Assembly: GCF_964355755.1 (NCBI RefSeq)
Contig: NC_092675.1
Location: forward strand, 6,319,812 to 6,383,811
DNA length: 64,000 bases
Source of the DNA: Antedon mediterranea
Lineage: Eukaryota > Animalia > Echinodermata
Direction: 5' to 3'
Every line of letters starts with the position of its first letter. Position 1 is the first letter of the stretch. Of the stretch, positions 50,624 to 62,716 are shown one piece after another. Made by a program: the position numbers and the translations under genes. The notes beneath the pieces were generated by a model that did no database searches, had not been told where the DNA came from, and was given only the letters and a program-made list of their open reading frames with translations.

Positions 50624-51848
50624 CTTTTTTAATTCATCCACACTAAATATTATGCCAAATGTTATATTGCTCTTCAACTAATCTACTGTACTGTGTCGCA
50701 TCTACTTCCAAATTGACAAGACATTAAGTTTTGTTGTGATCATTTTATAGGTTATAATTCAATTTGGTCTGTTCAATAATGGAACAATGACACAGGATTT
50801 ACAGCTTAATATAGTTGAAACCTCTATAATTAATCACATATTACTATTAGCAGGATACAATAGTAACATTACATAACTTAAACAATTGTATGCTGAAGTA
50901 CAAGATTTCTATTTAATAAGCTAGACACAAAAAAAAGATGTTTTTAATTAAATACACAGAAATCTTAAACCATTATTATCTACAAATTGTTACAGTTTTC
51001 TATATAGTGAAGTTGTGCTAATATTTTTTTGGATTTTTTGGATTCAGTACAATTAAAGTTAGGTGCAATTTTTTTACCCGGGCCTCATTCTGCCACTATT
51101 TTGAATTTCATACTAAAGCACTAAGCATAGTTACCTATGTTTTGTTTGCCGCACAAATTGAGTTGAAAATGGACCAAACCATACAAATATTTTAATACTT
51201 AATCAATTCTAAATTATATGCACCTGAAAAAAGAAGTTATGTATTTATATTAGTTTATTAAAATACATTAGGACTATGTATTATTATTTTTCCTAATGCT
51301 TGAAGTGCAATTATAATTATTGATTGCAAGGTCCCAATTGAAATACTGTACATTTCTTGAAACTTTTTGGGGTTAATCCTGCTATCAGAATTTCTAATTG
51401 TGCTACATTAAAATAGTTTTTTTTCTTATATAATATATTTCATTGTATTTTATGTTTGTAAACTCTGGGTAAATAACGCTAAATAAACTGAAATTAAATG
51501 AAAATCTAACCTAAAAAATAACAATATTTATAGATTATAAAGTAGTAAAAAGTCTATGGACACCAACAAAGCATTTGTTATGCTACCACCATTTTGTGAC
51601 CAGCAGACAGAAAATTTGTGTTGTACAGCATTGATTATAGATCTCAAATTACTTCTAGATTGAATTGTGGTAAAACATTTGAATCTACAATAAGTTTGAG
51701 TACTTCATTTTTGGGAAGGAAGTATATGGAAATAATTCTGGAGAAAACACTCACACTCATTTTGAGAACATATCCATTAAAAAAAAGATGGAATACACCA
51801 TACTACAGTATTGAATTATTACGCTGTATGATGTCTTTGAAAAGAAAT

Positions 51849-53018
51849 TCACCACCCACCACCATAATATTGTTGTTGCTTTTTGTTTTTATGTGTTATC
51901 ATTAGGGATTGAATAGTTCCAATTGAACTGGCATTTGCAGTTAATGAATTATTTTCTTGGAAATTAAATAATATTGATGATTGGCTTCGTTGTTGATCTT
52001 GGTAATGATATCCAGGATATGACCTACGTTGGTCGTATTGGCAATTACCAATCATTTTGCTAGCTTCGTTCATAATTTTACTGCCATCAAATAATGCTGC
52101 ACTAGGTTGAGGTGCTTTGACTAATGTGTCAACGAACAATGATGTATTCTGCAGTTGCTTTATTTTGTCTTCTTTAGCTTTTTTTTCCTTCTGACGACAT
52201 TCTGAAGTTTGTTGATATTGTTTATTTAGGTCATCCAACAAGAGTTGTGTGGCCTGAATAATTTTCTTATGAAGGATTTCAGCATGTTGTTTTAATAGAG
52301 CTTGGCATTGCTTTACCGACTGATTCTGTTTCTCTGTATCGAGGTTGTGTTGTTCCAATTCTGCCTTTAGTTCCTTCTCTTTAGTGGAACAACTAGACAA
52401 GATGTTATTTGCTTTATCTTTAAATTCTTCAAATGCTGCATCAAGCTCTTGTAAAACATGCCCTTTGTGAGTAACAACAGTGCATTTCATACAAACTGGT
52501 TGGTCGCAAGTGGCACAGTAAAACTCAACAGCAACACTTGTGTGTTTTGGACACAAAACTGGCTTTGCTGCAGTGCGTTCTTTTGCATCCATGGACATAT
52601 ACTGGTTCAATGACATCACGGTATGATCTCGAAGAGACGGAATTTTGCAGTGATTTTCACCACACTGGCTGCAAAGATATGAAGAACACTCCATACAGTG
52701 TGCAGCAGCTACTTTATTACACATAACACAACGTTTCTCACTTGCTACATTTTCTTTCTTTTCTTTAGTGTACTCCAGTAGTTGGTTGATGAAATAACTT
52801 GATGGTAGGCCAACCACACCGTTACTTGGTACTTTGAACTTTTGACGGCACATTGGGCATGTTAACTTACCACCACTTTTCTCTACCCAATTTTGAATAC
52901 ACTTCAAGCAAAATGAGTGGTGACAGCCTAGTGTTTTAGGGGTTTGAAATACCTCATGGCATATGGAACACAAAAGAACTTTTTCATTGATATCGTTGAT
53001 TACTTTAGCGGCAGCCAT
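51849..53018 (-). CDS. TRIM/RBCC E3 ubiquitin ligase (RING, B-box1, B-box2, coiled coil; no recognisable C-terminal domain), paralogue A, 389 aa
   Basis: Single-exon ORF; C3HC4 RING (CSIC...CHHSFCLKC...CPMC), two B-boxes, heptad region; UTR-intron acceptor at 53061-53062. Confidence 0.95.
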   Translation of the reverse strand: MAAAKVINDINEKVLLCSICHEVFQTPKTLGCHHSFCLKCIQNWVEKSGGKLTCPMCRQKFKVPSNGVVGLPSSYFINQLLEYTKEKKENVASEKRCVMCNKVAAAHCMECSSYLCSQCGENHCKIPSLRDHTVMSLNQYMSMDAKERTAAKPVLCPKHTSVAVEFYCATCDQPVCMKCTVVTHKGHVLQELDAAFEEFKDKANNILSSCSTKEKELKAELEQHNLDTEKQNQSVKQCQALLKQHAEILHKKIIQATQLLLDDLNKQYQQTSECRQKEKKAKEDKIKQLQNTSLFVDTLVKAPQPSAALFDGSKIMNEASKMIGNCQYDQRRSYPGYHYQDQQRSQSSILFNFQENNSLTANASSIGTIQSLMITHKNKKQQQYYGGGW

Positions 53019-53085
53019 TGTTGTTTTTTCTCATGTGTCTTCGTCATTAAACAGGAACCACTAAAAAGTAATTAAATATAAGTTA

Positions 53086-56000
53086 GGGTGTGTCGAAAGC
53101 GAAGACCTCGAAAGCGAAGATCGAAGACCGAAGACCTCGAAAGCGAAGACCCTACGAAATGGTAGTGTGCACAAAATCCGACCAAAATCATACAAAATCG
53201 TGATAACACCTTGAATTTACAGATCCTGAAAAAATATTTCAATTTTAATCGTTATATTATAAAAAATCATGACTTTATCTATGAACAAGCTCACGTGTTT
53301 TCGCCAATGGAGTTAATGTGATATAGTTTTACGAAATACGAACAAACACATCGCGCTATTTGCAAGGCGACGGACGCACAAGAAGGACCTCGCACATGAA
53401 ATGTCACTTGTTCCGATAACAATTTAAAATCATAGCCAATTGTTTATAAGTATAGAAATAAACTACAGTAAGTAAATTGTAAGAAGTAAAGGATGGCGGT
53501 AGGCCCGGTATTTAGGTTTATTTTAGAGCCTATAGGCCTATAAAAAGTGTCCGTATCATAGATTTTACACTTGCTTTTAAATGTTAGGTACAGAGATCTT
53601 TTTTGCATTTAAATATGTTGCTATGTGTTTTTTATCTATAATATTTGCCTATTGTTTATTAATATCTAAATGTATGAATAAATACAATAAGATATTCATT
53701 TTCCTGTATTGTATTTAAACTTTTACATTTTCCCATTGTAACTATTGCTATTTTACTTAATCGCCAGTTTCAAAATGTTTTCTAATGTATTCATAATAGA
53801 CAAATAATAGGGCCTATATCAGTATCAGAATATTTAGTGTGGTTGGAGAAGCGACAGATGATGTAAAGAAAAATGTAAATTTTTTTTGGTTAATGAAATA
53901 TTCAATTTCCTTTTTTGGAAAATAAATATTTCATTAACCAACGTATGAACCACTAAACAAAAAAAATTCTGCCGCAACGTATCGTTGGCGCGCGCAACAG
54001 AAAATCTATCTGTCTATCTTCTATCTATTTTGCATCCCTTCTTACGATCGAGAATCATGATGAACGTAATAAAGCAGAAATGGTGTTGAACACATCGGTT
54101 CCCACTTGTGATGACACGCAACGTTATTTTCTTACGGCGCACTTTGCGTCGATCTGAAAACCAATTTCAGCTCTTAATATATTTCCCGGGCCAATGACAG
54201 TTCGTCCCAATAGCTTACCGTGAACTAACGGAACTTTATTTTATATCTTTGTATTGTCAAAGTAAAAAATAATACTGTATTCAAATTATGATTTGACAAA
54301 AGGCTAATACTGTAGAACGAACGATAGACATCACACTCTGAAAATTTGTCTTGATCGTTAACCCGTTATAATAGTATAATTCTGTTAGATTTGTTTGTAT
54401 TAGTGTCAATTCTATATTTAAATGGTCAACAACCGGTAACCGGTTTCTTAATTAAAATTTTATGTTTTCTTTTGTTAATGGACACTCATGGCAGGGATGC
54501 AAACATTTAGAAGCGGGACGTCGACAATCTGTTGAAAATCGGGAGACTGTTGAGTAGTCGTCTCAACCACAAGCCTGTGAGATAGAAGGTTGGGGGTTAG
54601 AGTGGTTAAGCCCGATAAACATTCACCATCACTTAATAAAGATTTATAGAGAGTATCTCTTTTTGTATTCACCACGGGCAATGCTTGAAAACAAAAGTCA
54701 GTTTTTTATTTGATGATGAGGAAAATTGTGGTTGGCGGGACTGGAACTTCATTAAACTAATCTTTTGACAGTGTCGGTAAACGTAATACCGATATGAATA
54801 AACACCCGTTTTAATATTGAAAAATAAATTAAACGTGAACACACTATTGTCACTAATCACATTGCAACCGTAACAAAATCGGCAACTTGTAAGGGAATAT
54901 TTTTTATTTCAATCTTTGTTTTGAATGGCTTTTGTCTTTGTGAACGTTGACATAATGGCATAATTATTCGGAATTATGGAAGCCGTGAAACAGATGATAT
55001 GTCGCAGGAAACAACCGATTTATAACCAAAATTTGCAGAACGCTGATGCCTATATCGTTCATTCTTTTTACTTCTTGTCAAATCATAATTTGAATATATT
55101 CTGCCAAATTTGGCCCGGGAAATATTTTAAGAGCTGGAATTAGTTTCCAGATCAACGCAAAGTGCGCCTTAAGAACAAACTTGCGTGTCATCATAAGTGG
55201 GAACCGACGTGTTCAACACCGACTGCTTTACGTTCATCATGATTCTCGATCGTAAGAGGGGATGCAAAAATAGATAGAAGAGTATTTTCTTATGTTGCGC
55301 GCGCGTCAATACGATACGTTGCGGTAGGATGTTTTCGTTTAGTAGTTCATACGTTGGTTAATGAAATATTTATTTTACATTTTTCTTCTTTACATAGTAC
55401 TGTCGCTTCACCAACCACACTAACCGATACTGATAATATTATTTGTCCATTATGAATACATTAGAAAAACATTTTTAAACTGGCGAATAATTAAATCAGT
55501 AATACTGTAGTATTGGGTACAATGGGGAAAATGTACAAGTTTAAAATACTATACAGAATAACTAAAGGAAAATAAATATCTTATTGTATTTATTCATACA
55601 TTTAGACAATAGGCAAATATTATAGATAATAAACATACATCAACATAATAATATTTAAATGCAAAAAAAAGATCTCTAAGTTGTATTCACGCGTACGTAT
55701 AACATTTTTAAAAACAAGTGTAAAATCTATGATACGGACACTTTTTATAGGTCTATAGGCTCTAAAATTAGGCTAAATAAGCATATGGCCATCCTTTACC
55801 TCTTCTTTAATTAATTTACTTTACTGTAGTTTATTTCTATACTTTTCTATACAGTTGGCTATGGCTTTAAATTGTAGGCGACGTGTGCTACAATACAAAG
55901 TTATCGGAAAAAATGACATTTAATATTGCATTCAATTCGAGGTCCTTCTTGTGTGTCCGTCGCCTTGCAAATAGAGCGATGTGTTTGTTCGTAAAACTAT

Positions 56001-56230
56001 ATCACATATTAACTCCATCGGCGAAAACACGTGAGCTTGTTCATAGATAAAGTCATGTTTTTTGATAACATAACGATTAAAATCGAAATATTTTTTTAGA
56101 ATCTGTAAATTCAAGGTGTTATCATCGATTTTGGTCGGATTTTGTGCACACTACCATTTCGTAGGGTCTACGCTTTCGATGTCTTCGGTCTTCGATCTTT
56201 GCTTTCAAGGTCTTCGCTTTCGACACACCC
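53086..56230. mobile_element. Non-autonomous foldback (Mutator/MULE-like) element, ~1.2-kb inverted arms, 9-bp TSD
   Basis: GGGTGTGTCGAAAGCGAAGACC...GGTCTTCGCTTTCGACACACCC; TATAAGTTA at 53077-53085 and 56231-56239; arms ~53086-54350 and ~55025-56230; no transposase ORF. Confidence 0.92.
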
Positions 56231-56794
56231 TATAAGTTATGGGGTTTGTTGGTTGAACATATGACAGCATTTTTTAGATGGCCATGATTTTCTTTAGGGG
56301 TCATTATTTACAAATAGCAAATAATATATCTATATGCAAGATGAGGGCATATTAATTTGATGCTGAGAGTTTTATCCAATCGAGTTTGAACAATACCATG
56401 ATTGGGCTTAATACCATGCTTGGTATTAAGACATCTGCACATCAAGCAGAAGGTTCCATTATGAAATGATGAAATGGGGTCTCACTCAGGAAACCAGAGG
56501 TTTGTATTGTATGATAAAGAACCAACATTTATTGCTATAAAAAAATAATTAGAAGTAATTTTAGAAAGGGGTGACTGAACTCCTTAAAGCCCATGACCGG
56601 CTGGTGTTCCCTCCTCCCTCTCCCACCTGTGCCTCAATATTCCATCTGGCCCGCAACATTATTTAGTAAATTACAATCTGGCCCCGGTGTAGAAAACTGT
56701 TGAGAACCGTCCCTGTGAGATATTTATTATGAAATAGGCCTAGCCTAAACTAGCCTATATAGTTACTACTAGCCTAGGCTAGGCTTAGCCTACT

Positions 56795-57003
56795 ACATAC
56801 TGCCTAGGCCTAAAATATTACAATTTTCACCTCTTAAATTGAACTTACAAATATTCAATCTAACCTCATACTTGTAATTAATTATACAATAAACTACAAA
56901 AATAAATATTAGCAATTATTTACGAAATAATTGAGCAGCAGGTGCCTTTTCTTTCCAAATTCCAAAATTGAACTTAAGTTGGAAAATCCCATTTATGACA
57001 TCA
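56795..57003 (-). promoter_or_regulatory. Putative promoter and non-coding exon 1 of TRIM A with kappaB-consensus site
   Basis: GGGATTTTCC (minus) at 56981-56990; 20-bp block 56918-56937 identical in paralogue; candidate donor gtatgt at 56800-56795. Confidence 0.55.
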
Positions 57004-57689
57004 CTCTCATCCCCATTCATGCATGTTAGCAGGTGGTTGGTCAATTTTAGTTTAGGCTCCATTGAGACAAATGATTGATTCAATTTATTACCAATTCCCT
57101 GTAACTGAACATTTGAATGAGTTAAAAATCATTTATGCATCTATATTGTTTATTTTTTATTATTTTAAACAATTATAATTCTTCTTTAAACAAAAATCAT
57201 TTATTGTGATTTGTTTACTTTTCTGTACTATAGATATAATCATGATATAAAAATCATGGTTTTTGTCAACACTTTCAATTTTCTAAACTCTGTAAAAAAA
57301 AACAACAATTCTCCTTTCTCAGTCTTTCACAATGGTGTCACATTTGTGGGAAAACAAATCTTAAAACTATTTAGAACTAAAAAGCATTTACCTATTATTT
57401 ACTTTCTAAACTGACTCACTTTTAGTTTATAAACTTAATTAAAATAATTGTGATGTGATCTTCCTTGTATACAAATTGTCAGTTCATTAGACTGTGCATT
57501 TAAATTTTCAGTATACAGTATTAACAATAACATTTATATTTTTTTGTGATTATTTTTTGAGACTTTGATCTGGAAAAACACTAGTCTAAGAAACAATCAT
57601 TTATTAAAAGAAAATCATTGTAAGAGAAAAAATCTACAGATATTAAATAAAATGGTTAGATTGTTTTATAATAAATATTAAATATATTG

Positions 57690-58840
57690 TTAGACCATTC
57701 ACTGGCTGCAACATGGATTTTATTTATGTTATAATCTATTATAGAAACATATTTTATCATAAAGATATATTTCTATATTAAAAAGGGAAAGAATATTTTA
57801 AAAGAAAATGTTGTTTTTTAGATATCAATTCCAGTCACATATATCGGAGCATAAAAATCTATTAGTTTTAATAAATTATGAAGCTACTGTAGCATGGAAG
57901 TGTTTTTTTTAGATTATCAATTACTGTAACAGATTTATGCAAAAAAACTCAATACAACTGAAAACAGGCTTAGTATATATACAGTATATAGTTCTGTTGC
58001 AAAATGACACAGAGTGTTTGAATTGTTGATAACAAAATCAAACATTTAATTTATCGGATTTAAAAACTTTACCTAGCACAAAGTAAATCATATAATCTAA
58101 CAGTGGTGTATGATACACAAAGATCAGACTTTATAAAGTAAACAAATGAGTCTGATATTCTATTATTGTATATTTGAGGAAGGATCGAGGAGGGGGGTGA
58201 TGGGTTAAATTAATATTTTATTCAATCTCTAAAGCATCATATCTAACCTTTAGGGTAAACAGCAATCCCATTAGGCCAGACAAATCAGTTGTTACAAATG
58301 ACCAGACCAGATCTAAACCATCAAGATCAGATCGCTCTATCTTTGCATCACTACCGCAATCAGTCCAAAACAGAAGCCTGTATAAGAATATAAACAAATA
58401 TTTAAAATACTTTTTAAATCTTTAAATGACAGCACTCTATTTTTAAGTAAAATATTAATTGTTCATTGTATGGGTTAACATCAGTTCTTAAGCATAGACA
58501 AAAAATACCATTTAGAGAAAAAAATTCCCCTTCCTTCACTACTAAATTTATCTGAGCGTAGCCTATATGCATTTCATTTCACAAAGATAAAGTACAGATG
58601 TATGTATACTTTTGTGTAATGTTTGAACTTTGACTGTTAATACAGTAGTTAATACTAAATAACGATTTTAGTTTTATTATTTCAGGTCAAATAATAATAT
58701 TTTTAATAATTATACTTTTGAAAAGCTGACATTCAAGGTCTATCCAAGTTGTGTTCAGTATTGTTACAGTAGTTACTGAACTAAAAAAATATAATACAAA
58801 TATTAATAGCAAAAAAAAAAAAATCACATACCCATGAAAG
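57690..58840 (-). repeat. Diverged duplicate of ~46085-47903 (YWTD gene interior)
   Basis: Shared blocks such as tagacca(t)tcactggctgcaacatggatttt, cagttcttaagcatagac/a and catacccatgaaag in the same order. Confidence 0.85.
58248..58377 (-). pseudogene. Frameshifted duplicate of YWTD exon 47017-47144
   Basis: Clear nucleotide match; WTDW changed to WTDC, three small indels (130 vs 128 nt); flanking intron sequence also homologous. Confidence 0.88.
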
Positions 58841-59025
58841 TTTGGAAACAGATCTGTCACATCTCTCCTTCCATAATGAAAGATATTGTTTTGTTGCGAT
58901 CCTCTTAATAGGTTGTTATTAAATTTTGTCTGTACAATGTTAGAGCAATTCTTGTAGTAACTTTTCTAATATCACCACATTACTTCCAGTAGGGAACAAT
59001 ATCCTTGTAGTAAAATTTTAATTAA

Positions 59026-59328
59026 AAGATATATTGTCCCCCTGAAAAATAATTTTTTAAACTTTTGTTGAATATGCCATTTTGGTGTCACATCAAACAA
59101 AAATTGGATCGAAAAAAAAAAAGAGTTACCTGAAAAAACTGGAATTGAAAGCAAAAAATTTTTGGTTGAATTTAACCATTTATTATGCTATTTTATAAGT
59201 GAAAACATTATTTTTTTTCGTTTTTTTTTCTACGGAAGTGATTAACTTTATAAAAACTACAAAATAACCTATTCAAAGTCTGATATAATTAATTTTCATT
59301 TTCCATGTTTTTGGGGGGCAATACATTT
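59026..59328. mobile_element. TTAA-targeting MITE, same family as 18646-19000
   Basis: Reverse-complement similarity (gaatatgccatttt, ggttgaatttaaccattt, ctacggaagtgattaac) and TTAA flanks. Confidence 0.8.
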
Positions 59329-59949
59329 TTAAGTTATCGCATTACTACATATATACAACAAAATAGACAATCGAGGATTGCATTTTTTATGTAAAATAAT
59401 AATAATCTTCTGAGTGGTCATGCTGCATGATTTGTATATTGGATTGTGTTTTAGGCATAAATCTATTAAACTGACAATTTATTAATTCTGTGACGTGTGA
59501 CTGAACATTTGAATGAAATTAACTAAAATACAAAATGTTTTTTAATATGACATTATTAGACACAAACCAACTGTTCAAAATGCAATTTCTATTTATTATT
59601 TATGTATCCATGGCAAAAACACACAAACCAAGCAATTTATGCTATTTATTTCCAATTAAATTATTATCATCATAAATGATAGTTAAAAATAACTTATATT
59701 CTATTATATTATATTTCTTCTACATTTTAATTTAAAATATTTGATTTAATAATATATACTTATTAGTATTCTAATATAAATGCCAATTACTATTTTTTAC
59801 TTTTAAAATGTTCACGTATTTGATTTGTTTAAATCTAAGCACAGGAACTTTTAAAAATAGTTGTTTTTTTTTTTTGGTTTTTACCAATAACTTTTACTTT
59901 ATGTCCAATTGGTAAAATTACTCAAAAGTATAATAGTGTATTGTTAATG

Positions 59950-61089
59950 TTAAAAGGGTTGCTGTACAACAGTTCCAATTTTAGTGGCATTTGCAGTAAG
60001 CTGAGCATTTTTTTGAAAAGAAAATATTGTACCTGAAGTGACAACAGCCTCTGGTATGTTTCGGAAGGAAATGACATTTCTTTGTCGCTTGGAAGGTGGT
60101 CCTCTACTAGACTGCCTTTCATTCATTATTTTCCTAGCCTCATTCATAATTTTACTGGCATCAAATAAAGCTGCACTAGGCTGAGGTGCTTTGACTAATG
60201 TGTCAACAAACAACGAGGCATTCTGCAGCTGTTCTATTTTGCTTTCTGTATCTATTTTTTCTTTCTGTCGCTTAGCTGTAACTATCTTATATTGTGTTGT
60301 CAGGTCATCCAACAACACTTTCTCAGCATCATCAATCATCTGATGCAGGTTTTTAGTATGCTGTTTCACTTCAGTTATACATTTTTTCACAGATTCTTTC
60401 CGTGCCTCTTTTTCAGTAACATGCTTTAGTAACTCACTCTTCATTTCATTCTCGTGGGTTGAAAAACCAGATAAGATTTCATTGGCGTCTCTTTTGAATT
60501 CTTCAAATGCTGTATCAAGCTCTTGTAAATTATGCCCTTTATGAGTGACAACAGTGCATTTCATGCAGACGGGTACAGAACAGGTGCCACAGTAAAACTC
60601 AACAGCAACACTTGTGTGTTTTGGACACATAACAGGCTTTGCTGCAGTGCGTTCTTTTGCATCCATGGACATATACTGGTTTAATGACATCACAGTATGG
60701 TCACAACAAGAAGGAATCTTGCAATGATTTTCAGAACACTGGCTGCAAAGATATGCTGAACACTCCATACAGTGTGCAGTAGCTTCCTTATTACACATAA
60801 CACAACGTTTCTCACTTGCTACATTTTCTTTTGTTTCTTTAGTGTACTCAAGTAGTTGGTTGATGAAATAACTTGATGGTAGGCCCCCCACACCATTACT
60901 TGGTAATTTAAACTGTTGACGGCACATTGGGCATGTTAACTTACCACCACTTCTCTCTACCCAATTTTGAATACACTTCAAGCAAAATGAGTGCTGACAG
61001 CCTAGTGTTTTAGGAGTTTGAAATACCTCATGGCATACGGAACACAAAAGAACTTTTTCATTAATATCGTTGATTACTTTAGCAGCCAT
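59950..61089 (-). CDS. TRIM/RBCC E3 ubiquitin ligase, paralogue B, 379 aa
   Basis: Single-exon ORF collinear with paralogue A; UTR-intron acceptor at 61135-61136. Confidence 0.95.
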   Translation of the reverse strand: MAAKVINDINEKVLLCSVCHEVFQTPKTLGCQHSFCLKCIQNWVERSGGKLTCPMCRQQFKLPSNGVGGLPSSYFINQLLEYTKETKENVASEKRCVMCNKEATAHCMECSAYLCSQCSENHCKIPSCCDHTVMSLNQYMSMDAKERTAAKPVMCPKHTSVAVEFYCGTCSVPVCMKCTVVTHKGHNLQELDTAFEEFKRDANEILSGFSTHENEMKSELLKHVTEKEARKESVKKCITEVKQHTKNLHQMIDDAEKVLLDDLTTQYKIVTAKRQKEKIDTESKIEQLQNASLFVDTLVKAPQPSAALFDASKIMNEARKIMNERQSSRGPPSKRQRNVISFRNIPEAVVTSGTIFSFQKNAQLTANATKIGTVVQQPF

Positions 61090-61293
61090 TGTTGTTGTTG
61101 TTTTTTCTTGCGTCTTTGCACTAAACTGGTAACTCTAAAAAAGTAATGAAATGTTTAGTGCTTGTTGGGTGAATGTGTGTGGCATTTATCAGTCTAAAAA
61201 TGCCTGTGTGTTGTGTCATCATTTACACAATGCAAAGAGTGATATTTGACCTAAAAACGAATTAGGTTTGGCTAAAACTCTAATCATTGTACT

Positions 61294-62632
61294 TACCGTA
61301 AATCTTCTAATTGTAACCCTGATTTATTATTCTTTGATTGTTGTTGTTTAGGGTGGGTTACTATTAGAAGGGGGTTACTTATTAGAGTAGTGGGTTACTA
61401 TTACTAATCTTAAATTAGGCACCTGAAAATAGTAACCCACCCCCAACATTTCCGGTCAGCAAATCATAGCAAAATAATAAAACAGTACGAATAAACAAAT
61501 TTGGTTGAACTCTAACTTTATCTAATAAACTAAAAAACACTCAATCCTCCCCACTCCCGAGATCAACATGCATTATCTCCTTATTTCCAAAATACGGCTG
61601 CATCATAAATGGGTCAGTCTAATTACCGAAAACAACCGAAAACAACCGAAAATAACCGAAAACAACCGAAAACAACCACAAACAACCGAAAACAAACCGA
61701 AAAAAAAATTTAAAAAATCTAAATACCGAAAACAAATTTTGTATAATATTTTTTTTAATGTCGCCCTCTATTGATGGGTGTTTCTAAAGCTAAGACCATA
61801 CAGAGGCGCAAAAGTCATGGAAGACCCTAAGAAATGGTAGTGTGCACAAAATACAACTCAAAATCGTACAAATTCAATGAAATAGATTACATTTACTTAC
61901 AAAATCTATAAACCCATTTCGTTTTTAGTCTTTTAAAAAACAAAGCATGATTTTATCTAACTTTGCGTTTTTTCGTCCCCGGTTTTCGTCACTGACTTAT
62001 TAAGTGAATACTGAAGCGATTAAGGATAAAAACGTTATTTACTTTCTATACTATGGATTAACATATTCACAATTATTGTAAGGAGTAATGCGCTGGTTTC
62101 TGGATCAAAAATCGAAAGACTAAAATTAAAATATTTTTATAGATTCTGTAAGTAAATGCGATGTTATCATTGATTGATTGCATGATTTTTAGTTGTATTT
62201 TGTGCACAAGGGTCTTCCTTGGCTTTTGCGCGCGCGGTTTTGTCTCTGTTATGGTCTAAGATTTAGAAACACCCATCAATAGAGGGCGACATTTAAAAAA
62301 TATTATACAAATTTGTTTTCGGTATCATAGATTATTTTATTTTGTTTTCGGTTTGTTTTCGGTTGTTTATGGTTGTTTTCGGTTGTTTGTGGTTGTTTTC
62401 GGTTGTTTAGGGTTGTTTTCGGTTATTTTCGGTTGTTTTCGGTTGTTTTCGGTAATTAGACTGACCGTCATAAATGACCAGTCATTTTGTCAATAGTGTT
62501 TGTGACTTTAATTGCAACCCCCATGGTTACTATTAGAGTAGTGGGTTATTATTATAGATTGACTTATAAGGTGGTGGATTACTATTAGAAGGGGGGTTAC
62601 TATTAGAGTGTGGGTTACTATTAGAAGATTTA
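61294..62632. mobile_element. MITE with GGGTTACTATTAGA subrepeats, host of the 61611 element
   Basis: taccgtaaatcttctaattgtaaccc at left is the inverse of gggttactattagaagattta at right. Confidence 0.7.
61611..62467. mobile_element. Foldback/MULE-like MITE with (GAAAACAACC)n subterminal repeats
   Basis: GGTCAGTCTAATTACCGAAAAC...GTTTTCGGTAATTAGACTGACC, palindromic over most of its length; TCATAAAT(G) duplicated at both flanks. Confidence 0.9.
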
Positions 62633-62716
62633 TCAAGTCTAATCTCTAGACTAGGCATAGAGTAGGCCTAGTCCTCCTATTATTAATAATTACTTTATTA
62701 GGTAATAATTATATAC

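Noticed and set aside
54350-55025. Transposase or captured gene in the foldback spacer (ORFs 54475-54681, 54669-54860)
   Set aside because: Short, no DDE or zinc-finger motif recognisable.
51849-61089. TRIM genes as retrocopies, or assignment of a specific symbol such as TRIM56
   Set aside because: Both keep a homologous UTR intron and promoter; orthology cannot be established without phylogeny.
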